NCBI GenBank assembly: GCA_963732915.1 | Contig: CAVTBF010000003.1 | Location: 675,970-739,969, forward strand | Length of the DNA stretch: 64,000 nt | Reading direction: 5' to 3' | Source of the DNA: an uncultured Actinomycetes bacterium | Lineage (GTDB): Bacteria > Actinomycetota > Thermoleophilia > Gaiellales > Gaiellaceae | Translations under genes and position numbers: made by a program | Shown: positions 1 through 8,160 of the stretch, piece by piece | Layout: each line of letters opens with the position of its first letter | Numbering within the stretch: position 1 is the stretch's first letter | The notes under the pieces: model-generated | The model's input: only the letters and a program-made list of their open reading frames with translations | What the model was told of the DNA's origin: nothing | Database searches by the model: none

Positions 1-130
1 CGCGCGCCCGCGCACGTCAAGTCGCTACGGGAGAGGCGGGCGGGGTGGAAGCAGCGGCCGCCGCGTTCGTCGGGCACGGCTTTCGGCCAGCCGGTGGATC
101 CCCCGACAGCGAAGCCGGCGCACGCCGCGC

Positions 131-2566
131 CTACGCGCTCTCGGCGAGCGGCAGCGTGAGCAGGAAGCTCGTTGCGCTGCCCTGGACGCTCTCGACCCAG
201 ATGCGTCCGCCGTGCGCCTCGACGATGCCGCGGCAGATCGCGAGCCCGAGACCGGCGCCGCGGACGCCGCGCTGTTTGGAGCTCGCGCCCCGGTAGAACG
301 GCTCGAAGATCTGCTCGAACTCCGCCTCGGCGATGCCGTCGCCGCGGTCGGTGACGCTCACGAGCGCGTGGCCGTCCTCGCGCACGAGCGCGACGTCGAT
401 GTCGGAGCCGGGGTCGGAGTACCGGGCCGCGTTCTCGAGCAGGTTGTCGAGCACCTGCTCGATGCGAAGCTCGTCCGCGAGCACGACCGGGTCGTCGTCG
501 GGGAGATGCACGACGACCCCGCGGTCGTCGGCGAGCGTCGGGCCGGCCTTGCCGACGGCGCGCGCGACGAGCGCGCCGAGCGGCACCGGCTGCGGGTCGA
601 TCGGCAGCCGTCCCGCCTGGAGCCGGCTGGCGTCGAGCAGCTCGTCGATCATGTGCGCGAGCTTCACCGTCTCCTCGTCGATGATCTCGAGGAACTGCCG
701 GCGGGTGGCGGGCTCGATCGGCGTGTCCTCGCGCAGGAGCGTCGTCGCATAGCTCTTGATGAACCCGAGCGGGGTGCGCAGCTCGTGGGAGACGGCCGAG
801 ATCAGCTCGCTCCGCAGCCGTTGCACCTCGTGCTGGGCTTCGAGCCGGCGCAGCTCCCCGGCGAGGCGGGTGTTCTCGACCGCGACGGCGATCTGGTCGC
901 AGATCGCGGTCAGCACGGGACGCTCGTCCGGGGCGGGCAGCGCGCCCCGGCGGCGTGCGAGCGTGAGGACGCCGACGACGCCGTTCGGGCCGTGCAGGGG
1001 CAGGACCGTGAGCGCCTCGGCGGCGACGGCGCAGCCCGGATGGACGCGCTCGCGCTCGACCGCGTCGAGGTAGAGCGCGTCTCCGCCGGCGGTCGCCGTC
1101 GCGCAGAACGTGTCCGTGCACGTGCTGCACGGGAACTCCTTCCAGGCGCCGCGCACGACCGTCTCGGCGGCGCGTCCGTCCCGGCCGTCGGCGAGCCGCA
1201 CGGCCGCCGCGTCGGCCGAGGTCTCCTCGAGCACGACGTCGAGGCAGCGGTGGAGCATGCCCTCGAGGTCGTGCTCGTCGTCGGCGGCCGCCATGATCGC
1301 GCCGACCGCGGCGAGCTGGCGGTTGCGCGCGTTGAGCTCCTCCGTCCGCTCGCCGACTTTCTGCTCGAGCTCCTCGCCCCAGCGGCGAACGGTGTCGAGC
1401 GACTCCCTGAGCTGCGTGCGCATCGTCTCGAGGCTCTCACCGAGGACGCCGATCTCACCGCCCTCCGAGACCTCGACCGGCTGCTCGAGGTTCCCCGACG
1501 CCATCTGCTCGGCGGAGCGGGTGAGCTCGCGGACCGGCCGGACGAGGAAGCGGGCGCCGAGCAGCGTGAGGATCCACAGCGCGGCGAGCGAGCTCGTGCC
1601 GGCGAGCATGAGCGTGCGCCGCAGGCGATGCGCGGACGCGAAGGTCTCGCTGTCGGTGCCGCCGAGGGCGACGCCCCAGGGCGCCGTGACGAGCCGGGCG
1701 AACGCCATCACGTGCCGCTCGTTGTCACCGTCGCTCGGGCTCGGATCCGTGCCGTTGTGGCTGACGTCCCCGATCCCCGGCTTCGACGCCTCGAGCATCT
1801 TCCGGTAGAAGACCGCGTGCTCCCCCGGGCGCAGCTCGTCGGAGAACTCGGTCGAGGCGAGCGCGATCCCGCCGGGGCCGACGAGCTCCGCGTGGCCGGT
1901 CTTGCCGAGCTTCCGGGCTGCGTCGAGACGGCGCATCACCGCCGGGCCGGTGAGCTCGAGCGTCCCGACGAGCAGCGCGCGCGGCGAGCCGTGCCCGCCC
2001 AGTGGGGTGGCGAGCGCGACGACCGGACGGTGGCGCGCGTCCCAGTACGGGAGCGAGACGCTCTGCCTCGCTCCGGCGAGCAGACGTGCGACGTAGGGCT
2101 TCCGTGCGAGCGAGGCGCCGACGCGCGGCGCCGCCGCCCCGAGCGAGACGCGCACGCGCCCGTCCGGCCCGAGCAGCGAGACGGTCGCGAACTCGCCGTC
2201 GCCGTGCTGGTAGATCTCGGCCAGGAGCTCGTGCTCGGCCGGCGACGAGAGCGCCGCGGGCGTGAAGGCGCGCAGGTCGTCGAAATCGTGCCGGAGCAGC
2301 CCGTCGAAGTCGTTGGCGAGCATCTCCGTGATCGCGAGCCGCTGCTGGAGGATCCGGTTCGTGCTCTCGTTGACCGCACGGAGCCCGACGACGCTGAAGC
2401 CGGCGAAGAGGATGCCGAAGCCGAGCGTGACGCCGATCGCGAGCCGCGGCCACAGCGCGAGCCGCGTCCAGAACGAGAGCAGCCGGCCGACACCGTGCAG
2501 CCTCCCCCACCTCCGCCCGTTAGCGTTCATCGTCGAAATGTCGCCTGTCCCCTTCACAGCCCGCAT
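131..2566 (-). CDS. Sensor histidine kinase (TM - extracytoplasmic domain - TM - HAMP - GAF-like - HisKA - HATPase_c)
   Basis: 811-aa ORF. H-box 'ISAVSHELRTPLGFI', N-box 'VLDNLLENAARYS', G-boxes 'DRGDGI' and 'GLGLAICRGIVEAHGG', HAMP-like 'SGNLEQPVEVSEGGEIGVLGESLETM'. Alternative start at 2530. Confidence 0.9.
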   Translation of the reverse strand: MRAVKGTGDISTMNANGRRWGRLHGVGRLLSFWTRLALWPRLAIGVTLGFGILFAGFSVVGLRAVNESTNRILQQRLAITEMLANDFDGLLRHDFDDLRAFTPAALSSPAEHELLAEIYQHGDGEFATVSLLGPDGRVRVSLGAAAPRVGASLARKPYVARLLAGARQSVSLPYWDARHRPVVALATPLGGHGSPRALLVGTLELTGPAVMRRLDAARKLGKTGHAELVGPGGIALASTEFSDELRPGEHAVFYRKMLEASKPGIGDVSHNGTDPSPSDGDNERHVMAFARLVTAPWGVALGGTDSETFASAHRLRRTLMLAGTSSLAALWILTLLGARFLVRPVRELTRSAEQMASGNLEQPVEVSEGGEIGVLGESLETMRTQLRESLDTVRRWGEELEQKVGERTEELNARNRQLAAVGAIMAAADDEHDLEGMLHRCLDVVLEETSADAAAVRLADGRDGRAAETVVRGAWKEFPCSTCTDTFCATATAGGDALYLDAVERERVHPGCAVAAEALTVLPLHGPNGVVGVLTLARRRGALPAPDERPVLTAICDQIAVAVENTRLAGELRRLEAQHEVQRLRSELISAVSHELRTPLGFIKSYATTLLREDTPIEPATRRQFLEIIDEETVKLAHMIDELLDASRLQAGRLPIDPQPVPLGALVARAVGKAGPTLADDRGVVVHLPDDDPVVLADELRIEQVLDNLLENAARYSDPGSDIDVALVREDGHALVSVTDRGDGIAEAEFEQIFEPFYRGASSKQRGVRGAGLGLAICRGIVEAHGGRIWVESVQGSATSFLLTLPLAESA

Positions 2567-2622
2567 CGGTGGAGCGCCGCGGCCGCCCTGCGGATCACCG
2601 CGGACGCCCGGGGAGGGCCCGG

Positions 2623-3327
2623 ATGCCGGGTGAGCGGATCCTCGCCGTCGACGACGAGCCGCGCTACCTCGAGATCATCCGCTTCAACCTCGAGACGGCC
2701 GGCTACAGGGTAGACACGGCAGCGAGCGGCGAGCAGGCGCTCGAGGCGGTCGCCGCGAACGAGCCCGACCTGATCGTCCTCGACCTCATGCTGCCCGGCA
2801 TCGACGGCTTCGAGGTCTGCCGGCGGGTGCGCGAGCACTCCACCTGCCCGATCATCATGCTCACCGCGAAGGGCGCCGAGGAAGACAAGGTCGTCGGCCT
2901 GCGGCTCGGTGCGGACGACTACGTCACGAAGCCGTTCTCGGCGCAGGAGCTGCTCGCGCGCGTCGAGGCGGTCCTGCGGCGTGTTCGGCCGCCCGACGGC
3001 GCAGAGCCGGGGCCGGAGGCGCTCGCGTTCGGCGAGCTCCGCATCGATTCGCGGCAGAAGCAGGTGACGCTCGCCGGCAACGAGCTGCGGCTTTCCCCGA
3101 CCGAGTACCGGCTGCTCACCTGCCTCGCCGCGAATGCCGGCACGGTGCTCAGCCGGGACGAGCTGCTCACCCGGGTGTGGGGCGACGGGTACCGCGGCGA
3201 GCACGAGATCCTGCGCGTGACCCTGTGGCGCCTCCGCCAGAAGCTCGCGGACGATCCCGCCGATCCGCGCTACATCGTCACCCGTCCAGGCCACGGCTAC
3301 ATGTTCGCCGGTCCCGGCGAGCTGTAA
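2623..3327 (+). CDS. OmpR/PhoB-family response regulator
   Basis: Receiver domain 'ILAVDDEP...DLIVLDLMLPGIDG...MLTAKG' plus winged-helix 'LSPTEYRLLTCLA...RVTLWRLRQKL'. Start set at ATG 2623; the track ORF opens at 2569. Divergent from the kinase. Confidence 0.9.
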   Translation: MPGERILAVDDEPRYLEIIRFNLETAGYRVDTAASGEQALEAVAANEPDLIVLDLMLPGIDGFEVCRRVREHSTCPIIMLTAKGAEEDKVVGLRLGADDYVTKPFSAQELLARVEAVLRRVRPPDGAEPGPEALAFGELRIDSRQKQVTLAGNELRLSPTEYRLLTCLAANAGTVLSRDELLTRVWGDGYRGEHEILRVTLWRLRQKLADDPADPRYIVTRPGHGYMFAGPGEL

Positions 3328-3363
3328 CGGACCTGTGACGGCTCCGCTATGGAGCCGTAACGG
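3323..3363 (+). promoter_or_regulatory. Phased direct repeats TGTAACGG / TGTGACGG / CGTAACGG; candidate response-regulator binding site
   Basis: Copies start at 3323, 3334 and 3356 (offsets 11 and 22 bp, one helical-turn phasing). They lie between the regulator stop (TAA 3325..3327) and the cupredoxin gene. AAAGGAG Shine-Dalgarno (SD) at about 3402. Confidence 0.4.
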
Positions 3364-3416
3364 GCATCGGCCGTAGACCTAGAGGCAAGACATCCCGCCT
3401 CAAAGGAGACGCCCCC

Positions 3417-3872
3417 ATGAACCGCATGATCCGCCGCCTTTCACTGCTCGCCTTCCTCGCAGCCGCCTCGCTCGTCTTCGCGGGCGTCGCCTCAGCGCAG
3501 ACGGCCAGCCATCACAAGCGGCTCGTCCAGCACGTCAAGCTCGTCGTCAAGTCGGACGACCAGCACGGCAAGAAGGGCTCGGACGGCAAGTGGCACGACG
3601 CATTCCTGCCCGCCAGCTTCAAGGTCAAGGCCGGCGCCAAGGTGCTCGTCACCGTCGTCAACTACGACGACATGCCGCACAGCTTCAACGCGAAGGGCCT
3701 GAAGACGAACGCGATCATCATGCCCGGCAACGACGCGGGGAAGACCACGAAGTTCTCGTTCATCGCGCCGAAGAAGGCCGGCAAGTACGCGTGGCACTGC
3801 GATCCGAAGTGCGATCCGTGGGCGATGAAGCACGTCGGCTTCATGCGCGGGTTCGTCACCGTCACCGCCTGA
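3417..3872 (+). CDS. Secreted cupredoxin-like protein (possible type-1 copper site)
   Basis: 151 aa. Signal peptide 'LLAFLAAASLVFAGVASA|Q'. Beta-rich, with 'VVNYDDMPHSF' and 'GKYAWHCDPKCDPWAMKHVGFMRG' (His88/Cys128/His139/Met143 are candidate ligands). Good SD. Confidence 0.7.
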   Translation: MNRMIRRLSLLAFLAAASLVFAGVASAQTASHHKRLVQHVKLVVKSDDQHGKKGSDGKWHDAFLPASFKVKAGAKVLVTVVNYDDMPHSFNAKGLKTNAIIMPGNDAGKTTKFSFIAPKKAGKYAWHCDPKCDPWAMKHVGFMRGFVTVTA

Positions 3873-3954
3873 GCGTCAACCGATACTCCCGGCGCGACCC
3901 GGCGCGGGCGGAGGCCGAACGGCTTCCTCCCGCGCCGGCGCCATGGTCCGGCGC

Positions 3955-4254
3955 CTACGCCTGGCTGGCGAGCACCTCGCGCTTCATCAGGTCGAGCAGC
4001 TCGTGGTACAGCTCGGCGAGGCCCTGCTCGGAGAGCGGCCCGCGGTTCGCGCGCTGGAGGTAGCGGAGCATCCACTCCTCGCGGGCGAGGTCGACGAAGC
4101 CGATGCCGTGCTCGTCCTTGTAGCGCTTCAGTCCGCCGACCAGGCGCAGCCGCTTGTTCACGAGCTCGACGAGCGCGCGGTCGATGTCGGAGATCTCGCG
4201 ACGGACCCGGACGACGTGCGGGTCCTCCGCGGTGGTGGCTGTCGTGTCGGTCAT
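3955..4254 (-). CDS. Chorismate mutase (AroQ-type, monofunctional)
   Basis: Last 99 codons of track ORF 3955..5100: 'VRVRREISDIDRALVELVNKRLRLVGGLKRYK...'. Its ATG overlaps the pheA stop (ATGA). Confidence 0.85.
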   Translation of the reverse strand: MTDTTATTAEDPHVVRVRREISDIDRALVELVNKRLRLVGGLKRYKDEHGIGFVDLAREEWMLRYLQRANRGPLSEQGLAELYHELLDLMKREVLASQA

Positions 4255-5078
4255 GCCGCCTCCTCGGGGTGGCCTTGGTAGACGCCGACCACGCGGAGCG
4301 CGGCGGCCTGGGATGCGAGCTCGCGGAGCGCGAGCCGGACGTTGGTCTCGAGCGGGTGGCCCGCGACGACGGCGTCGAAGCGGTAGCGCCACGGCGTCGC
4401 CGGCAGCGGGCGGGACACGAGGCGCACGAGGTCGAGCCCGACCCGCGCGAACGGCTCGATCGCCTTGAACAGCGCCCCCGGCTGGTGGTCGGTCACGAAC
4501 GTGAACGCCGTGCGCGAGTTGCTGCCGGCGGCCAGCTGCGTGAACGGGGCGATCGAGACGAAGCGCGTGAACGCGAGCCGGTCGCCCGCGTCGGCGACGA
4601 GCACGGTCAGCCCGTACAGCTCGGCCGCCGCGGGCGAGACGAGCGCCGCCACGGCCGGGTCGCCGGCCTCCGCGATCCGCCGCCCCGCCTCCGCCGTCGT
4701 CACCGCGGGAACGACGTCGACCGCCAGGCTCGCGAGCAGGCTGCGGCACTGGTCGAGCGCGGTCGGGTGCGAGTGGACGGTGCGGATCTCGTCGAGCGGC
4801 GTCGGACCGCTCGCGACGAGGCAGTGCGTGATCGGCATGATCGTCTCGCCGACGATCGAGAGCGACCGCTCGTAGAGCAGGTCGTGCGTCTCGGCGACCG
4901 AGCCGGCGAGCGAGCTCTCGATCGGCAGGACGCCGTAGGCGACGTCGGCGGCGAGGACGGCGTCGGCCACCGCCCTGAAGCCGCCGACCGGCAGGTACGG
5001 GCCCGAGGGGAAGAGCGCGACCGCCGCAGCGGCGGTGTGCGTGCCGGGAGGTCCCGGATAGGCGACCGGAGGGGTCAT
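4251..5078 (-). CDS. pheA: Prephenate dehydratase
   Basis: 275 aa. PDT domain ('VLPIESSLAGSVAETHDLL', 'TRFV') plus C-terminal ACT domain ('TAFTFVTDHQPGALFKAIEPFARVGLDLVRLVSRP'). Confidence 0.93.
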   Translation of the reverse strand: MTPPVAYPGPPGTHTAAAAVALFPSGPYLPVGGFRAVADAVLAADVAYGVLPIESSLAGSVAETHDLLYERSLSIVGETIMPITHCLVASGPTPLDEIRTVHSHPTALDQCRSLLASLAVDVVPAVTTAEAGRRIAEAGDPAVAALVSPAAAELYGLTVLVADAGDRLAFTRFVSIAPFTQLAAGSNSRTAFTFVTDHQPGALFKAIEPFARVGLDLVRLVSRPLPATPWRYRFDAVVAGHPLETNVRLALRELASQAAALRVVGVYQGHPEEAA

Positions 5079-5242
5079 CGCCGGAGACGGAGCGGCACAC
5101 GCAGTCCGCAGCGCTGACAGAGAACGACGGCCGCGCCCTTCCGCTCGGCCCGCTCCACCGGCACGGGATCGCTGCAGCTGCAGCGGTCCGGGTGGTTGGT
5201 GGCGAGGCGAACGACGGTTTCGGTGAGGGTGGTCTGATGCAA
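5075..5242 (-). CDS. Unannotated 55-codon ORF encoding a CxC...CxxC (zinc-ribbon-like) microprotein
   Basis: TTG start 10 nt after AGGAGG. Peptide (M)HQTTLTETVVRLATNHPDRCSCSDPVPVERAERKGAAVVLCQRCGLRVPLRLRR. Its TGA overlaps the pheA ATG (ATGA). Below the 60-aa cutoff of the track. Confidence 0.45.
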   Translation of the reverse strand: MHQTTLTETVVRLATNHPDRCSCSDPVPVERAERKGAAVVLCQRCGLRVPLRLRR

Positions 5243-5297
5243 GGCGGAATGGCCTCCTGGACAGAAGGGAAGTCCCGCGGGGGAGAAACGCTTCTTT

Positions 5298-5338
5298 GCT
5301 AGCCGGCGGCGGGGCGGGGAGCGAAAGCGCCGGCTAGC
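5298..5338 (-). terminator. Stem-loop downstream of leuB (11-bp perfect stem GCTAGCCGGCG / CGCCGGCTAGC)
   Basis: Perfect inverted repeat with a 19-nt loop, about 80 nt after the leuB stop. No clear U-tract. Confidence 0.4.
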
Positions 5339-5418
5339 CGATAAAGGCGTACGCCGAGTAGCCGCCGAAAAACGGAATGAACTGCGCGGCGGTCGGCGCG
5401 AACACCATCGACGGCAGG

Positions 5419-6444
5419 CTAGATGTGCGCGGAAGCCCCGTCAACGGCGAGTTGTGCCCTAATCGCCGCGCCGAGCTCGGCCGTCGTCGCCGTGCCGCCG
5501 AGATCCGGTGTCGGTGCGAGCTCGAGTCCGCGGTCGACCGCGTCGGCGAGCGCCCGCGCCTCGTCCGGCCGTCCGAGCCCGTGCTCGAGCAGAAGCGCGG
5601 TCGAGCGGAGCATTGCCGCCGGATTCGCAATCCCGCGGCCGGCGATGTCGGGGGCGGAGCCGTGCACCGGCTCGAAGATCCCCGGCCCCGAGTCGGAGAG
5701 GCTGGCCGAAGGGGCGAGACCCAGCCCGCCGGTGACCGCGGCGGCGAGGTCGGAGAGGATGTCGCCGAACATGTTCTCGGTCACCAGCACGTCGAAGCGC
5801 TCGGGCCGGGTCGCGATCTGCATGGCGCAGTTGTCGACGAGCATGTGCTCGACGGTCACGTCCGGGTACTCGGGCGCGATCTGGTCGACGACCCGCCGCC
5901 ACAGCCGCGACGTGTCGAGCACGTTCGCCTTGTCCACCGACAGCAGATAGCCGCGGCGCGTGCCGGCGAGCACGAACGCGCGCCGCGCCACCCGCTCCAC
6001 CTGGCTCGGGTGGTACTCGCACGTGTCGAAGACGGTGCCGTCCTCGCGGACGCCGCGGGCGCCGAAGTAGAGCCCGCCGATCAGCTCGCGGACGATCAGC
6101 AGGTCGACGTCGCCGCCGTCCCGATTCGCCTGCACCGCCGGGCGCAGGTTCGCGTACGCGTCGAGCTCGGCGCGCAGGCGGAGCATCCCCTGCTCGGGCC
6201 GCACCTCCGCCCCGTCGAACTCGGGGTCGCCGATCGGCGCCTTGAGGACGGCGGTCGCCGCGCGGCAGGCCGCGAGCGTCTCGTCCGGCAGCGAGGATCC
6301 GGTCGCCCGGATCGCCGCGCCGCCGAGCAGCTGCTCCTCGATCTCGACGTCGGGAGCGAGGAGCTCGAGCGCGAGCCGCGCCTCGTGTGCGACCTCCGGC
6401 CCGACTCCGTCGCCGGGCAGAAGGACAACTCTCGGGCTAGACAT
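5419..6444 (-). CDS. leuB: 3-isopropylmalate dehydrogenase
   Basis: 341 aa. 'VVLLPGDGVGPEV', 'SVDKANVL', 'ENMFGDILSDLAA', 'HGSAPDIAGRGIANP'. Confidence 0.95.
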   Translation of the reverse strand: MSSPRVVLLPGDGVGPEVAHEARLALELLAPDVEIEEQLLGGAAIRATGSSLPDETLAACRAATAVLKAPIGDPEFDGAEVRPEQGMLRLRAELDAYANLRPAVQANRDGGDVDLLIVRELIGGLYFGARGVREDGTVFDTCEYHPSQVERVARRAFVLAGTRRGYLLSVDKANVLDTSRLWRRVVDQIAPEYPDVTVEHMLVDNCAMQIATRPERFDVLVTENMFGDILSDLAAAVTGGLGLAPSASLSDSGPGIFEPVHGSAPDIAGRGIANPAAMLRSTALLLEHGLGRPDEARALADAVDRGLELAPTPDLGGTATTAELGAAIRAQLAVDGASAHI

Positions 6445-6697
6445 CGAGGAGCGCGCCCTCCTCGCCCACCGTCCGGCGCGGCCGTCCGCGCGGGCGGGGA
6501 TTGAAACCTGCGGCGATCATCGCCTCGTTCCAGCTGCCGAACACGCGAGCAACAGTCTGACGGGAGGGATGGTTCTCTCCCGCCTGGTCCCACTCGCTCG
6601 TGAACGGGGGCCGGCTATGCCTGCGGTACCAGAGAGTGATCGCGTAGACGATCGTCTCCGGCGTCCACCGGAAGCCCGTCCGCGGGCCGGTTCTCAT
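6437..6697 (-). CDS. Small protein with one homing-endonuclease-associated (HNH_repeat-like) motif
   Basis: 86 aa. 'WTPETIVYAITLWYRRHSRPPFTSEWDQ...HPSRQTVARVFGSWNEAMIAAGF'. Stop overlaps the leuB start by 8 nt. More A/T-ending codons than its neighbours. Confidence 0.6.
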   Translation of the reverse strand: MRTGPRTGFRWTPETIVYAITLWYRRHSRPPFTSEWDQAGENHPSRQTVARVFGSWNEAMIAAGFNPRPRGRPRRTVGEEGALLDV

Positions 6698-6733
6698 CGC
6701 GCACCTCCTTGGGTCGTCGTTGGCCTACAGCGC

Positions 6734-7999
6734 TTACACCTGGACACCGAGCAGCTCCAGGATCGAGTCGGCGTCGGGCGCGACCAGGGTCGGGTCGAGC
6801 CGGTCGGCCACGAGGGCAGGGGTCTTGAGGCCGTCGCCGGTGACGACGAGGACGACCGAGTCGGACTCGCCGAGCTCGCCGCGGGCGACCGCCTCGCGGA
6901 GCGCGCCGAGCGCGACCGCGGGCGCGGTCTCGCCGAAGACGCCGGTCGTCTCGGCGAGCAGGACGATGTTCTCGGGCACGTCCTCCTCGGCGACCGCATG
7001 GATCGAGCCGCCGGACGAGCGGGCGGTCGCGAGCGCGAGCTCGCCGTCGGCCGGGCTGCCGATCGCGAGCGAGCGGGCGATCGTGGCGGGCCGCACCGGC
7101 TTGACGCGGCCGCCGTTGTGGAAGGCGGTCGCGACCGGGGCACAACCCTCCGCCTGGCCACCGAAGAGGCGTGGCGAGGAGCCGTCGACGAGACCGAGCT
7201 CCTGCAGCTCGGCGAAGCCCTGGTGGATCTTCGAGTACATCGCGCCCGAGGCGATCGGGGCGACGACGGCGTCCGGCGTCCGCCAGCCGAGCTGCTCGGC
7301 GATCTCGAAGGCGATCGTCTTCGAGCCCTCGGCGTAGTAGGCGCGAAGGCCGACGTTGACGAACGCCCAACTTCCCTCGGGATGGGCGAGCTCGAAGGAG
7401 AGCTCGACCGACAGGCGCGAGCAGTCGTCGTAGGTGCCGTCGACGGCGAGGATGCGGGCGCCGTAGACCGCGGTGGCGAGCAACTTCTCCGGCTCGAGGT
7501 CGGCCGGGCAGAGCACGACCGCCTCGATCCCCTCCGCGGCCGCGCGGGCGGCGACCGCGTTGGCGAGGTTGCCGGTCGAGGAGCAGGAGAGCGTCGTGGC
7601 GCCGGCCTCGAGCGCCTTGGCGCAGGCGACGGCGACGACACGGTCCTTGAACGAGTGCGTCGGGTTGGCGGTGTCGAGCTTGAGCCAGAGCTCGCCGACA
7701 CCGACCGCCGCGGCGAGCCTGGGAGCCGTGACGAGCGGGGTGAACCCCGGTGCGAGCCGCTGCTCGGCGGGTGCGGCGACGGGAAGCAACGGGGCGTAGC
7801 GCCAGATCGAGGGCGGACCTGCGGCGATCGACTCCCGGCTGACGACGCGGCGCTGCTCGTCCCGGTCGTACACCGGGTCGAGCGGCCCGAAGCAGCGCGA
7901 GCAGACACCGATCGGATCGAGGGGGTACTGCGTCTCGCAGACGCGGCACCGAAGTGCGGCGGCGGGCAAAGCGGTCTCCTTTCGTCCTTCGCTCAACAT
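6734..7999 (-). CDS. Threonine-synthase-family PLP enzyme (second ThrC paralogue) with N-terminal zinc ribbon
   Basis: C-terminal 421 codons of track ORF 6734..9979. 'CRVCETQ...CSRCFG', PLP-lysine motif 'NPTHSFKDR', 'SSTGNLANA'. ATG 7999 lies in riboswitch helix P1. Alternative TTG 7969 sits behind AAGGAG. Confidence 0.9.
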   Translation of the reverse strand: MLSEGRKETALPAAALRCRVCETQYPLDPIGVCSRCFGPLDPVYDRDEQRRVVSRESIAAGPPSIWRYAPLLPVAAPAEQRLAPGFTPLVTAPRLAAAVGVGELWLKLDTANPTHSFKDRVVAVACAKALEAGATTLSCSSTGNLANAVAARAAAEGIEAVVLCPADLEPEKLLATAVYGARILAVDGTYDDCSRLSVELSFELAHPEGSWAFVNVGLRAYYAEGSKTIAFEIAEQLGWRTPDAVVAPIASGAMYSKIHQGFAELQELGLVDGSSPRLFGGQAEGCAPVATAFHNGGRVKPVRPATIARSLAIGSPADGELALATARSSGGSIHAVAEEDVPENIVLLAETTGVFGETAPAVALGALREAVARGELGESDSVVLVVTGDGLKTPALVADRLDPTLVAPDADSILELLGVQV

Positions 8000-8113
8000 C
8001 CCCCGAGCTCCACCGTGGAGCCCGGCCGGGCTTGGCACCTTTCTCGCGCTGTGGCGGGCAGGTTGCCGAGGCGTCATCGGGCCGGTTCCCTCAGCCTCTC
8101 TCGATGCGGAGCG
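7990..8113 (-). promoter_or_regulatory. SAM-I (S-box) riboswitch
   Basis: Minus-strand RNA: CGCUCCGCAUC GAGAG AGGCUGAGGGAACCGGCCCGAUGACGCCUCGGCAACC...GGUGCCAAGCCCGGCCGGGC...GAUGUUGAGCG. All conserved S-box core elements are recognisable. The P1 3' strand includes the AUG. Confidence 0.85.
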
Positions 8114-8160
8114 GGACGAGCCCGTCTCCGGTAGTGCGGTGTCACTATACAAAAACAAGC

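Noticed and set aside
1-130. Possible partial gene at the left edge.
   Set aside because: The stretch is too short, has no recognisable motif in any frame, and lies downstream of the kinase stop.
212-2713. 833-aa plus-strand ORF, and similar long off-frame or antisense ORFs (for example 6242..8134, 7954..10071, 9455..11191, 14923..17460, 28995..30680, 33714..36026, 39634..41622, 45987..48212, 62046..63869).
   Set aside because: Each overlaps a gene with clear family motifs on the other strand or in another frame. All have Arg/Gly/Pro/Ala-dominated composition and lack domains. They are treated as GC artefacts.
3417-3872. The Lys-rich composition of the cupredoxin gene suggested horizontal transfer.
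   Set aside because: Third-codon positions remain G/C-rich (AAG, GTC, GGC), so the lower GC reflects amino-acid content rather than foreign origin.
8120-8160. Promoter for the SAM riboswitch (TATAGT at 8149..8144 in the only AT-rich patch) and a GGAGACGGG/CCCGCTCC hairpin as an ilvD terminator.
   Set aside because: No acceptable -35 lies at 16-18 bp, and the T-run precedes rather than follows the hairpin. This is plausible but not strong enough to list as a feature.
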